Assembly (NCBI GenBank): GCA_965213745.1
Contig: CBDBZZ010000069.1
Coordinates: forward strand, 3,053 to 67,052
DNA: 64,000 nt
DNA from: Bryobacterales bacterium
GTDB lineage: Bacteria; Acidobacteriota; Terriglobia; Bryobacterales; UBA6623
Direction: 5' to 3'
Shown: one piece after another, positions 46,346 to 54,918 of the stretch
How the letters are laid out: the number at the start of each line of letters is the position of its first letter
How positions within the stretch are numbered: position 1 is the first letter of the stretch
Program-made: the position numbers and the translations under genes
The notes under the pieces: model-generated
The model's input: only the letters and a program-made list of their open reading frames with translations
Told to the model about the DNA's origin: nothing
Databases searched by the model: none

Positions 46346-46474
46346 TGTGAGTTGTCGACTCTCAATCTGAAGCGAATTCGCACATCGAAACCGGGTGGGA
46401 CCTAGCGCGACTGGGCAAAAGCCTCCGTGCGTCGTGTCATCGGAAGAAGTTAGGCAAAACCTATCCCGGCGTCT

Positions 46475-47650
46475 ATGGCGGATGACTTGGGCCGATCCAT
46501 CCCCGACGGTGACGCCGTAACACTATGCTTCGGCACCGGTCGGTTCGGGCACCCCGAACAGGATCGCGCCATTTTTTCGCGAAGGAGCTATTTTCCAAAG
46601 CTTCCCGAAGACCTGCAAATTTGCCCCCAAGGGCGAACCCGTTTATCGGGAGACCATCAGTCGGCGTGTCGGCAACGCCGTCCCCGTCAAGCTCGACATG
46701 TCCTCGATCGACGAAGACAGTCTCGGTGAACAGCTTGGGATTGTCTGCGAAATCAAGCCCAGTACGTACGTCATCAAGCGCACCGGTCTGCCGACGATAG
46801 CCGTACAGGACGATACCGTCGAGTTCGAAGCTTTCCTCGACGCCGTTCGTTGGGGTGCGGCGACCAGCGCGGACCGGGGTTTTCTGCAAGCGCCGTTTCG
46901 CAGCGGTGTAAGCATCAAAAATTTCCAGCTCGACCCGCTAGTGCATGCGATCAACATGACGCGCACCAATTTTCTTATCGCAGACGATGTCGGCTTCGGG
47001 AAACGATGTCGTTCTCGGGAAGACGATCAAGGCCGGACTGGTCATTCAAGATCTGCTGCTCAGGCATCGCGCTAGGACCATCCTCGTCGTTTTCTCGGCG
47101 TCTCTATAGAAAAAGCGGCGTGTCGAGATGCTCGAAAAATTCGAGCTCGAATTCAAGGTAGTCAACACCAACTACATCAGGAAACCCCCATCGCAATCGC
47201 GGGATGCACGTGAACCCTTAGCTGTCCTTCCCGCGTCTCATCATGTCGATGGACTGGCGGTCGGTGGACTGGCTGAAGTCGGGCGACGCACTCAGGGTGT
47301 TGTGTGACATTACCCCCTTCGCGTGCAGGGTATCCCCAGAAATTCGACCTCCTAGTCGCGAACGAGGCGCACAACGTCGCGCCGCAGGTTCGCCGCACTA
47401 TGTGCTGGAGAGCCAGAGAACGCGGTTGATCCGCACGATCTCGCCGCATTCTCAGCACTGGCTATTTCTTACGGCGACGCCACACAACGGTTATACACAT
47501 TCTTTCGTCCCTGCTTGAGCTGCTGGACGATCAGCGTTTCTCGCGCAACATCCCGCCGGACGAAAAGCAGTTCTCGCAGGTGATGATCCGCAGGCTGAAG
47601 ACCGAACTCGACGACGACGGAAACCCGATCTACCCCATCCGAAATGCCTG
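46475..47650 (+). pseudogene. SNF2-family (defence-island type) helicase, N-terminal third only, multiple frameshifts and stops
   Basis: Recognisable blocks lie in different frames: FQLDPLVHAINMTRTNFLIADDVGFGK(T)IKAGLVIQDLLLRHRARTILVVFS, LEKFELEFKVVN, FDLLVANEAHNVAP, LFLTATPHNGYTHSF, LLELLDDQRFSRNIPPDEKQFSQVMIRRLKTEL. Confidence 0.55.
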
Positions 47651-47696
47651 CTCCAGTGCGGCCCTGCGCTCGCGCGCCCCGCCCTAAGCCGCATCC

Positions 47697-47716
47697 CCCG
47701 GCCCGGCGGGGCCGGG
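47697..47716. terminator. GC-rich hairpin at the right edge of the decayed island (terminator-like, weak T tract)
   Basis: CCCGGCCC-GGCG-GGGCCGGG (8-bp stem, tetraloop) followed by tgccgcacttt. Confidence 0.3.
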
Positions 47717-47841
47717 TGCCGCACTTTCCGCTGCGGCTTCGGGATCCATCTGCCATGCCGCGAGCGACACCTTGGAGGGAGACAACACCCGGTGTCAAGT
47801 GTGCCGCAGTGACAGGGTTTGCCGACGAGCCGCCGTAGACC

Positions 47842-47850
47842 TGCTAGAAT
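47842..47850 (+). promoter_or_regulatory. Extended -10 promoter element TGCTAGAAT upstream of the peroxiredoxin gene
   Basis: TGCTAGAAT lies 48 nt before ATG 47898, followed by hairpin GGGCGCG-acaaac-CGCGCCC (47858-47877) and an AGGAAAGGG RBS. The identical 9-mer also occurs at 19437-19445. Confidence 0.4.
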
Positions 47851-47897
47851 CAGTCTCGGGCGCGACAAACCGCGCCCTGATCAGGAAAGGGATCCCC

Positions 47898-48410
47898 ATG
47901 AGCGTATTCTCCAGGCGCGCAGCCATCCTCGCCGGAGCAGGTGTCGCGCTGGCCAGCCGAGCCTCCGCGGCCTTAGCGGTCGGCGACGAAGCGCCCGACT
48001 TCACCCTCCCGGGCACGGACGGCAGGGACGCCACGCTGTCCTCGTTCCGCGGCAAGCAGAACGTGGTGCTGGCGTTCTTCCCGAAGGCCTTCACCGGCGG
48101 TTGAACGCGCGAGATGCAGGGATATCAGGCTGATATCTCGACCTTCACCCAAGCCGGTGCCGTCGTGTTCGGCGTGAGCACCGACCCTCTGGCGACCAAC
48201 AAGGAGTTCGCCAAGTCGCTGAACCTGGAGTTTGCGATCCTCAGCGACGAGGGCGGAGCGGTCTCCAGCAAGTTCGGCATCCTCAACGAGCGCAAGATGT
48301 CCAACCGCACGACCTTCGTCATCGACAAGGACGGCAAGATCGCCCATGTGGAGAGCGGCGGCTCAGCGGTCGACCCAGCCGGGGCCGCCAGCGCCTGCAG
48401 CAAGCTGTAG
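47898..48410 (+). CDS. AhpC/TSA (Bcp/PrxQ-like) peroxiredoxin with in-frame TGA (48102-48104) at the peroxidatic Cys position: candidate selenoprotein
   Basis: ORFs 47772..48104 and 48114..48410 share one frame. The joined sequence is ..GKQNVVLAFFPKAFTGG-TGA-TREMQGYQA..AVVFGVSTDPLATNKEFA..FAILSDEGG.... Tat-like signal MSVFSRRAAILAGAGVALASRASA. Confidence 0.7.
48119..48139 (+). promoter_or_regulatory. SECIS-like stem-loop 14 nt downstream of the in-frame UGA
   Basis: GGGAUAUCA-GGC-UGAUAUCUC: a 9-bp stem including one G-U pair, with a G-rich apical loop about 24-26 nt after the UGA. Confidence 0.5.
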
Positions 48411-48469
48411 CCGGACGCCTCCGAGCCCGGGTCGGTACCGCCGACCCGGGCCCTAACCGAGCCTAGGGG

Positions 48470-49657
48470 CTACCATGCGCCCTCGAAGAGGCCAGCTGCG
48501 CCTTGGCCACCGCCCACGCACATCGTCACGACCCCCAGCGCGGCCTTGCGCCGCTTCATTTCATTGGCGAGAGTGCCGACGAGCCGCGAACCGGTCATGC
48601 CGAAGGGGTGGCCCACGGAGATTGAGCCGCCGTTGACGTTCAGGCGGTCGTTCGGGAGGCCTAGCCTGTCCCGGCAATAGACGACCTGGACGGCGAACGC
48701 TTCGTTGAGTTCCCAGACATCGATGTCGCCGAGGTTCTTGCCCTTCTGGCGCAGCAGCTTCGGCACCGCGAAGACGGGGCCGATGCCCATCTCGTCCGGA
48801 CCGCAGCCGGTGGTGGCAAAGCCCCGGAAGACCAGCTTGTAGGGCACGCCGAGCGCTTCGGCCCGCTCCTTCGACATGACCAGGGTGACGGAAGCACCGT
48901 CCGACAGCTGCGACGAGTTCCCCGCAGTCACCGACCCTTGGCCCGAGTGGGGATCGAAGTAGGGCGGCAAGCCAGCCAGCCCCTCCAGCGTCGTGTCGGG
49001 CCGGTTGCACTCGTCCCGACTCAGAACGTGATCCTGCTTGCCGACGATGGAGCGCGTCTTCCGGTCCAAGACGCCTCGAGTCACGGGCATCGGAGCTAGC
49101 TCCTCGTCGAAGAAGCCCTCCCTTTGGGCCCGTGCCGTGCGCTGTTGGCTCTGGAGGGCGTACTCGTCCTGAGCCTCCCGGCTGACGCCGTAGCGCTTGG
49201 CGACAACTTCGGCGGTAACTCCCATCACCATATAGACACCGGGCTTCGTCTCTTTGAGCTGCGGATGCGGCGACTCGTCGGGAACCATCATCGTGATGGA
49301 CTCGACTCCCCCCGCGAGCATCACGTCCTCGCCTTCGGCCATCACCTGGTGGGCGGCCATCGCGATCGACTGCAAACCGGACGAGCAGAACCGGTTTACA
49401 GTTGTCCCGCCAACCGAGTCGGGCAACCCGGCCAGCAGGGCGGCGATGCGCGCCACGTTGTGCCCCGCGGCACCGTGGGGCTGGCCGCAGCCAAGGATCA
49501 CGTCCCCAATTTCGGATGCGTCGATTTGAGGGTGTTTCTCCAGCAGGGCCCGGATGCAGTGGGCCACCTGGTCGTCAGGGCGCGTGAGGTTGAGGGAGCC
49601 CCGGAAGGATTTCGCCAGGGGTGTGCGCAGGGAATCTACGATGACGGCTTCTCGCAT
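48470..49657 (-). CDS. Acetyl-CoA C-acetyltransferase (thiolase)
   Basis: [22 protein letters not shown]. Active-site region [13 protein letters not shown]-terminal [19 protein letters not shown] and CVGGGQGAA. Confidence 0.9.
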   Translation of the reverse strand: MREAVIVDSLRTPLAKSFRGSLNLTRPDDQVAHCIRALLEKHPQIDASEIGDVILGCGQPHGAAGHNVARIAALLAGLPDSVGGTTVNRFCSSGLQSIAMAAHQVMAEGEDVMLAGGVESITMMVPDESPHPQLKETKPGVYMVMGVTAEVVAKRYGVSREAQDEYALQSQQRTARAQREGFFDEELAPMPVTRGVLDRKTRSIVGKQDHVLSRDECNRPDTTLEGLAGLPPYFDPHSGQGSVTAGNSSQLSDGASVTLVMSKERAEALGVPYKLVFRGFATTGCGPDEMGIGPVFAVPKLLRQKGKNLGDIDVWELNEAFAVQVVYCRDRLGLPNDRLNVNGGSISVGHPFGMTGSRLVGTLANEMKRRKAALGVVTMCVGGGQGAAGLFEGAW

Positions 49658-49820
49658 TATCTTCGTATTGTCGCGCACCCAGCCGCGTCCGCGCCAGGTT
49701 CCGCGTCCGCGCCACACCGGCTGGAGCGGATGCATCCAACGCGGCCGGCCATGCGGGACCGCTTGGGCAGCGGAGCCGACTAACGCGCCGGTGACGAAGC
49801 TAGGCCGCGGGATCCTCGAG

Positions 49821-52478
49821 CTATTCCGAGACCGCGGGCGATTCCAGAGGGATCAACGCTAGGGCCACCGGGAACTCGCGGACCGCAACGCCGGTCACCG
49901 AGTCACCGGACCCGGTGGCCGCTTGGCCGGCAAGCCGAACGATGCGCAGCACAGTGTTGTGGGTGCCCGCCTCCAGCCCGGCTGCAGCCACTGCGACCGA
50001 AATCGACTGCGTTCGTGTCGGCGGAAAGCTCCACCGCTGCGGAGTGGTCGTAAGCCAGGGATGGTCCGACTCAATGCGATATGCAGAGTTGCCTGCGCCC
50101 CCAAGATTAAGCCGCAACTCCTGCGGTGGCGGATCGCCCGCTGCCGTAGCAACGAACGTAAAAGCGCCGGGGGTTCCCTGAACCCACTCGGCGGCACTCT
50201 CAATGTCTGCGCGCAGCGTGCCTTCGATGCGTTGACGAGGGTTGTAGACGACGAGGCCGATGTAGTAATCACCTGCGGCCAAGGCTGGGTCCGACGCCGC
50301 CGTCACCGTCAACCGCTCGTTGGCTCCAGCGGACGTCGACCGGAAGTGGGCGTTGAACACAGGAGTGCGGCCATCGGCGGCTAGACGCCAGGAGGGCGAA
50401 CGTCCGTGATGGACGTACAGGTCGACCTGAGCCGTCGGCTGCGACGCCTGGAAGCTGACAGTCAGGCGGGTCGCGCCAGGCGGGACCTGAACAATGTGGC
50501 ACTCGTCGTAGAAATGCGCTTGGAACTGATAGGCCGAAGCCGGGAGAACCAGCTGCTTGGGCACACCGGCGCTCAGGCTACCGCCAGCCATGAACACCGC
50601 TTGGAGGTGCCGGGCACCGTCCATGGCGACAGTCTGGACCGGAGAATCGCCGGAGACATCGCCGACCCAAGCAGCCAAGACGCGTTCTGGAGCCGGCTCC
50701 GCCGTGGCTGTGACCTGCGTCCCGCCGGCATAAAACCCGTCGTCTGAGGGCGGTACCAGAGAGATTCGCCCCTCTCCAGGAAAGCGCACGCTTGTGGTCA
50801 GGCGGTATTCCGGAGTGACGGACAGCGTCACCTCGCCTCCCTCGGCCGGCACGTCGAGTTGATGCGACGGCCCACCGCCATCGCTCCAGGTGTCGAATCG
50901 GTAGCGCCCGTGGGGCATGCGGGCGTTTTGCTGGACCTCGGGGACCCGCAGCGTCACCGAGGCTCCCAGGTCACTGGTTCGCAGGGTCAGCGGAGCGGCT
51001 CGCTTCTGGCCGTCGATCTGGATCAAAATCGGATCGACGCTCGAACGGAAGCGGAAGAGCGGCTGACGACTGAAGAAGGCCGCATATTCCCGACCCGGCC
51101 CCGTCACCGTATGCCGGGCGGGATTGGACGACCGGCCGTGGTCACCGGCTAGGAAGCCATTCCACAGCACGAAGTCGTACGGGGATTCGGCCGCCGGGGC
51201 GGCCGAGACCTGGATCGGCGTGCGCAGCGTGTAATAGCCGTCCGGGGAGTCGGGGCTGATGGTCACCGTCCCCGCACCGTCCGGGGTCGCGCTTGTGGAC
51301 ACGTAGTGCTGCACGATGAAGTTCGCTTCGTACCAAGTGCGGGCGGGATCGGCCACCACGCTGCGGCGACGGTCGCCTTCGTCGTTCCATCGCCCAAATA
51401 GGAACCGGCCCCCCTCACGCACCTGCGGTGCCGGAGCCTCCAACGAGTGCTCGGTCCCCGCCGCCCAGGAGAACTGAGCCGGGGTCGTCACCCGCACGCC
51501 GTCGACAATCAGGTCCAGGCCGGGCGGATTGGTGGAAACGGTCACCTGGGAGGGCGGCCGTCCGTACAGCCGCGCCACACCGTCAATATCTCCGGGGGAC
51601 AACCCGCCTGAGGGAATCTCCATGCCAGGCGGAATCGTTTCCAGCACAGGCCGGCCATTGCGGGATGCCGCGAAGGGATGGTAGTGCATCGCGGAGCGGT
51701 AGTTGTACGGAGCACTCCCCGCGTAGCTGGGCGAGTAGGAGGCAGCGATATCCGGACGCTGAGAGAGGTTCTCCATCTGCACGACGAGGTGGGCATCACG
51801 GTCTTCCCGTTCATGCTCGTGGAACAGGCCCACTGCATGGCCCATTTCGTGAACCAGGGAGTTCACATCGCAGCCGCTGGGCGGGATCAAGACGCCTTGC
51901 TCGCCCCGCCCGCTACGGCCCACATGCGCATGGCATGGTCCTGGCGGCGCAGGCTGAAACCGGACAAAGTCCCGCTCCGCCCTCCGCGGGCTCCAAGTGA
52001 TGACCGTCTTGGAGTTCCATTCGGCGACGGCGGCCGAGATGTTTTCCTTCTGGTCGGCGGGAAGGCCGGAATCTACGACATAGGGAACCTTGCCTTCGGG
52101 CCAGAGGAAGTCTTGGTCAACAGCGGCGATCGCCCGGGGTGTCGGACGCATGGGTGGCAACCCCCCAGCCGCAGGCGGCTTTGTTGAGTCTGCCGCCTCA
52201 GCGGCCGTCCCGAGAACCATGTCTCCGGCGTGAACGGCTCGTCCATGAATCACCTCGTAGCTCAGCAGACGCCCACGAAACAACATCACGCCTCGCGCTC
52301 CGTCCTCCAACGGCGAACCGCGGACTATGGGGGGCTCCAGTGCGGATTCCGCCCGGGGTGGCGAGGAACTCTCGGCCACTCCTTGAAGCTGGCCGGAGAG
52401 GCCCAGCAAAACTGCGCATATCCAGAAGCGGACTGTCCCTGACCCCGCCCGCGAACTGCAACTACTGCACATCCGCAA
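49821..52478 (-). CDS. Secreted astacin-family (M12A) zinc metalloprotease with repeated beta-rich C-terminal domains
   Basis: Signal peptide. Zincin motif HEMGHAVGLFHEHEREDRD (HExxHxxGxxHE...RxDRD), followed by SAMHY (Met-turn). About 600 aa of repeat-like domains follow (..STNPPGLDLIVDG..). Confidence 0.8.
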   Translation of the reverse strand: MRMCSSCSSRAGSGTVRFWICAVLLGLSGQLQGVAESSSPPRAESALEPPIVRGSPLEDGARGVMLFRGRLLSYEVIHGRAVHAGDMVLGTAAEAADSTKPPAAGGLPPMRPTPRAIAAVDQDFLWPEGKVPYVVDSGLPADQKENISAAVAEWNSKTVITWSPRRAERDFVRFQPAPPGPCHAHVGRSGRGEQGVLIPPSGCDVNSLVHEMGHAVGLFHEHEREDRDAHLVVQMENLSQRPDIAASYSPSYAGSAPYNYRSAMHYHPFAASRNGRPVLETIPPGMEIPSGGLSPGDIDGVARLYGRPPSQVTVSTNPPGLDLIVDGVRVTTPAQFSWAAGTEHSLEAPAPQVREGGRFLFGRWNDEGDRRRSVVADPARTWYEANFIVQHYVSTSATPDGAGTVTISPDSPDGYYTLRTPIQVSAAPAAESPYDFVLWNGFLAGDHGRSSNPARHTVTGPGREYAAFFSRQPLFRFRSSVDPILIQIDGQKRAAPLTLRTSDLGASVTLRVPEVQQNARMPHGRYRFDTWSDGGGPSHQLDVPAEGGEVTLSVTPEYRLTTSVRFPGEGRISLVPPSDDGFYAGGTQVTATAEPAPERVLAAWVGDVSGDSPVQTVAMDGARHLQAVFMAGGSLSAGVPKQLVLPASAYQFQAHFYDECHIVQVPPGATRLTVSFQASQPTAQVDLYVHHGRSPSWRLAADGRTPVFNAHFRSTSAGANERLTVTAASDPALAAGDYYIGLVVYNPRQRIEGTLRADIESAAEWVQGTPGAFTFVATAAGDPPPQELRLNLGGAGNSAYRIESDHPWLTTTPQRWSFPPTRTQSISVAVAAAGLEAGTHNTVLRIVRLAGQAATGSGDSVTGVAVREFPVALALIPLESPAVSE

Positions 52479-52780
52479 GTCCCTCGCTGCGCTCAGCGCA
52501 CGTATCCATTATGGACAATCCGGTTGTTGCTTCAAGGTCTCCGGGGCAGGCACTCGCCTGGGTGCGGGGTGCCCCGGGCGGCTGCGCCCCGACGGTACCA
52601 CGCTGCGGAAACAGTCCTTCCCACGTGCGATCAGCGCGGGCCGAACCGCGACGCAGCACCGCTTATCTTGCGGATCTGCGGCACTGAGCCGGGCAGCACT
52701 TTGCGGAGCCACACCGATGCCGGAGCCAGCCGTGCCGGCTCCCAGGACTTCTCTGCAGCGCGACAGCTCGCTGCGCAAGC

Positions 52781-54474
52781 CCTGATTCCCGGGTAAAAAT
52801 TCCGGCACCAGCCGGAACATCTTGTGCTACAATGACTTAGACGGTCCTCGGGGTGTCCGCGTATTTCACCTCGGGGGTGCATCTCGATTTTTTGGAGGCC
52901 CCCTTGCCCATGTCCCCCGACAGTGCTCCCACCCTGGCTTACGGCGTCTGCGACGACGACTTGACGGGCTTAGCCGGGCTCGGCGTGGTGGCCCGGCTGG
53001 CCCGGTTCCTCGGGCTGCCCGAGAAGCTGGCCGCCTCGGTCCGCCTCAAGCGCCGCCGGCGTGGTTGCAGCGACGTGCAGATGCTGCTGGCGTTGATCTA
53101 CTCGGCCTGCGCCGGCGGGGGGCACCTCAACGCGGTCGACGCCTTGGGGGCCGATGAGGTCGCCCGGCAAACCTGCGGGCTGCGGGCTGTGCCCGACAGC
53201 CGGCGGCTCGGCGAATACCTGCAGCGGATGAACGAGGCAGCCCTGGAGGGGTTGCGGGAGTGCGCGCGGCTGGTCAGCCGGCGGCTGGTGCCGCTGGTGG
53301 CGCAGGCGTGCGTGCAGCGGTGGGGCTACATCCCGGTGTTCGTGGACGGCACGGGGATCGAGGTGGAGGGCAAGCTGTTCGAGAACGCCGGGCGCGGCTA
53401 CAACGGCGAGAAGCAGTACTGGCTGCACTCGGTGTTCGTGGGGGTGGCGTGGGTCAGCGCCCGGCTGCACGCGGGCGGCACGGACGTGCGGGGGGATTGG
53501 CGGGAGCAGCTGGACCAGGATGTGGCGCCCTTGCTGACCGGGCGGCAGCCGGTGTGGCTGCGGGCCGACAGCGCGTACTACTGCCAGGATCTGGTGAGCT
53601 ACTGCCGGCGGAAGGGCTGGGATTACTCCGTGAGCGTGACCGATCCGCGCAAAAAGGCCCCGATTCTGCGCCTGGCGGCCGCGATGGGGTTGCGGGAGGA
53701 CGAGTGGGAGCCCCTGGACGCGGCGGGGAAGGAGCGGGCCATCGTGGTGGCCTACCGGCCGGCCCGGTGGCCGGAGGAGCAGGTGTATGTGGTGATCCGG
53801 CGCGACTGGGACGGGGAGCAGCGGCTGCTGGAGCCGGTGTACACGGTGATTCTGGTGAGCCGCGACCGGCTGCCGGTGGCGGAGCTGGTGCGGCGGCACC
53901 GCGGCAAGCAGGGGCAGGAGAATGCGTTCAAGGGGCCGCTGACGGACCTGGGTTTGCATCATCCGCCGTGCCGCTCGCACGCGGCGAATCAGGGTTTCTA
54001 CCTGGGCGGGCAGATCGCGCAGCTGCTGCTGCGGCTGCTGCAGTACCAGGCGCTGCCGGACGCGGCGCGGCAGCACGGGCTGCGGCCGCTGATCCGGTAC
54101 TTCGTGTGCAGCGTGGGGCGGCTGACGCGCAGCGCACGGCGGCTGCGGCTGCTGTTCAGCCGGGGCAACCTGTGGTTGGACTGGCTGCTGCACGCGGGGA
54201 GCCGGATGGAGCCGGGCTAGGGCTGGGGCGGCGCAGCCTGAGCCGCGTCGGGCATAGAGGCAGGGGACCGACGCGGAGCCCGCGGGGGATCGGTGCGCCC
54301 GGAGCCGGGGGCGCAGCGGCCGCGGTGCGGGTGCAGGCCGGCGCAGGGCATCTGCGCGGGGGCCCAGGTCGCTCGGCGACGGGCTGAGGGGCCCGCACCG
54401 GGTACGCCGGGCTCCCCGCTCAAGCCCTACGGCCCCCTCAACCGCCATTTCGGGAAATTAACCGGGAATCTAGG
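52781..54474 (+). mobile_element. IS1380-family-like insertion sequence, apparently intact (1694 bp)
   Basis: Imperfect TIRs CCTGATTCCCGGGTAAAAATTCC / (reverse complement) CCTAGATTCCCGGTTAATTTCCC. 7-bp direct repeat CGCAAGC on both flanks (52774-52780 and 54475-54481). It carries one long transposase ORF. Confidence 0.8.
52910..54220 (+). CDS. DDE transposase (IS1380-like)
   Basis: ATG 52910 with GGAGG 52894-98. 436 aa. Blocks VFVDGTGIEVEG, WLRADSAYYCQDL and VRRHRGKQGQENAFKGPLTDLGLHHPP..ANQ fit the IS1380/DDE_Tnp_1 pattern as I remember it. Confidence 0.75.
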   Translation: MSPDSAPTLAYGVCDDDLTGLAGLGVVARLARFLGLPEKLAASVRLKRRRRGCSDVQMLLALIYSACAGGGHLNAVDALGADEVARQTCGLRAVPDSRRLGEYLQRMNEAALEGLRECARLVSRRLVPLVAQACVQRWGYIPVFVDGTGIEVEGKLFENAGRGYNGEKQYWLHSVFVGVAWVSARLHAGGTDVRGDWREQLDQDVAPLLTGRQPVWLRADSAYYCQDLVSYCRRKGWDYSVSVTDPRKKAPILRLAAAMGLREDEWEPLDAAGKERAIVVAYRPARWPEEQVYVVIRRDWDGEQRLLEPVYTVILVSRDRLPVAELVRRHRGKQGQENAFKGPLTDLGLHHPPCRSHAANQGFYLGGQIAQLLLRLLQYQALPDAARQHGLRPLIRYFVCSVGRLTRSARRLRLLFSRGNLWLDWLLHAGSRMEPG

Positions 54475-54510
54475 CGCAAGCCGCATTCAGCCAGTCCTCC
54501 GCGGATGCAG

Positions 54511-54516
54511 TATAAT
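54511..54516 (+). promoter_or_regulatory. Consensus -10 box (TATAAT) for tRNA-Arg
   Basis: TATAAT ends 12 nt before the mature tRNA 5' end. Only a weak -35 candidate (TTCAGC, 54486-54491, 19-nt spacer) is present. Confidence 0.4.
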
Positions 54517-54528
54517 ATCAAGAGTCGC

Positions 54529-54605
54529 GCGCTCGTAGCTCAGCTGGATAGAGCGTCTGGCTACGGACCAGAAGGCCGGGGGTTCGAATCCTCCCGAGCG
54601 CGCCA
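54529..54605 (+). tRNA. tRNA-Arg (anticodon ACG), CCA encoded
   Basis: GCGCTCG-TA-GCTC-AGCTGGATA-GAGC-G-TCTGG-CTACGGA-CCAGA-AGGCC-GGGGG-TTCGAAT-CCTCC-CGAGCGC-G-CCA (77 nt). It aligns closely with the E. coli tRNA-Arg(ACG) architecture. Confidence 0.9.
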
Positions 54606-54625
54606 CTTGGTCGTGGCGCTTTCTT
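54600..54625 (+). terminator. Rho-independent terminator using the tRNA 3' end
   Basis: GCGCCAC-ttggtc-GTGGCGC followed by TTTCTT. Confidence 0.6.
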
Positions 54626-54918
54626 GGCCTACGGCGGAGCGTCAAGCCGACCTCGCGGTCTCAGCGTGTTGAGATAGCGTCGGCTCTCGAGTGCCTCGCC
54701 AGCTACCGGCCTGCACAGCCGGGCCAGCCTGGAGGGGTCGCAGACCAACGGCTGCGGACAAGCCGGCTCCAGAGCACGGCCCCACTCTACGCGCAGCCTG
54801 ACCGTTGAGTTGCCAGTGCCGGGCCGGCATCCGCTCTCGCCGCTCAACCTACCGTCTCCACGATCCGTCTCCACGATCCGCACCGAAGAGGCGCTGGGAC
54901 GGCCCGTCGCGAGTCCGC

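Noticed and set aside
39679-54605. An att-type direct repeat linking the island integrase to tRNA-Arg (or tRNA-Lys) 3' ends.
   Set aside because: By eye I found no copy of the tRNA 3' segments near the island borders (37.1-37.3, 39.7 or 47.6-47.9 kb). The integrase lies 13.5 kb upstream of tRNA-Arg with core genes in between. This needs a proper repeat search to exclude fully.
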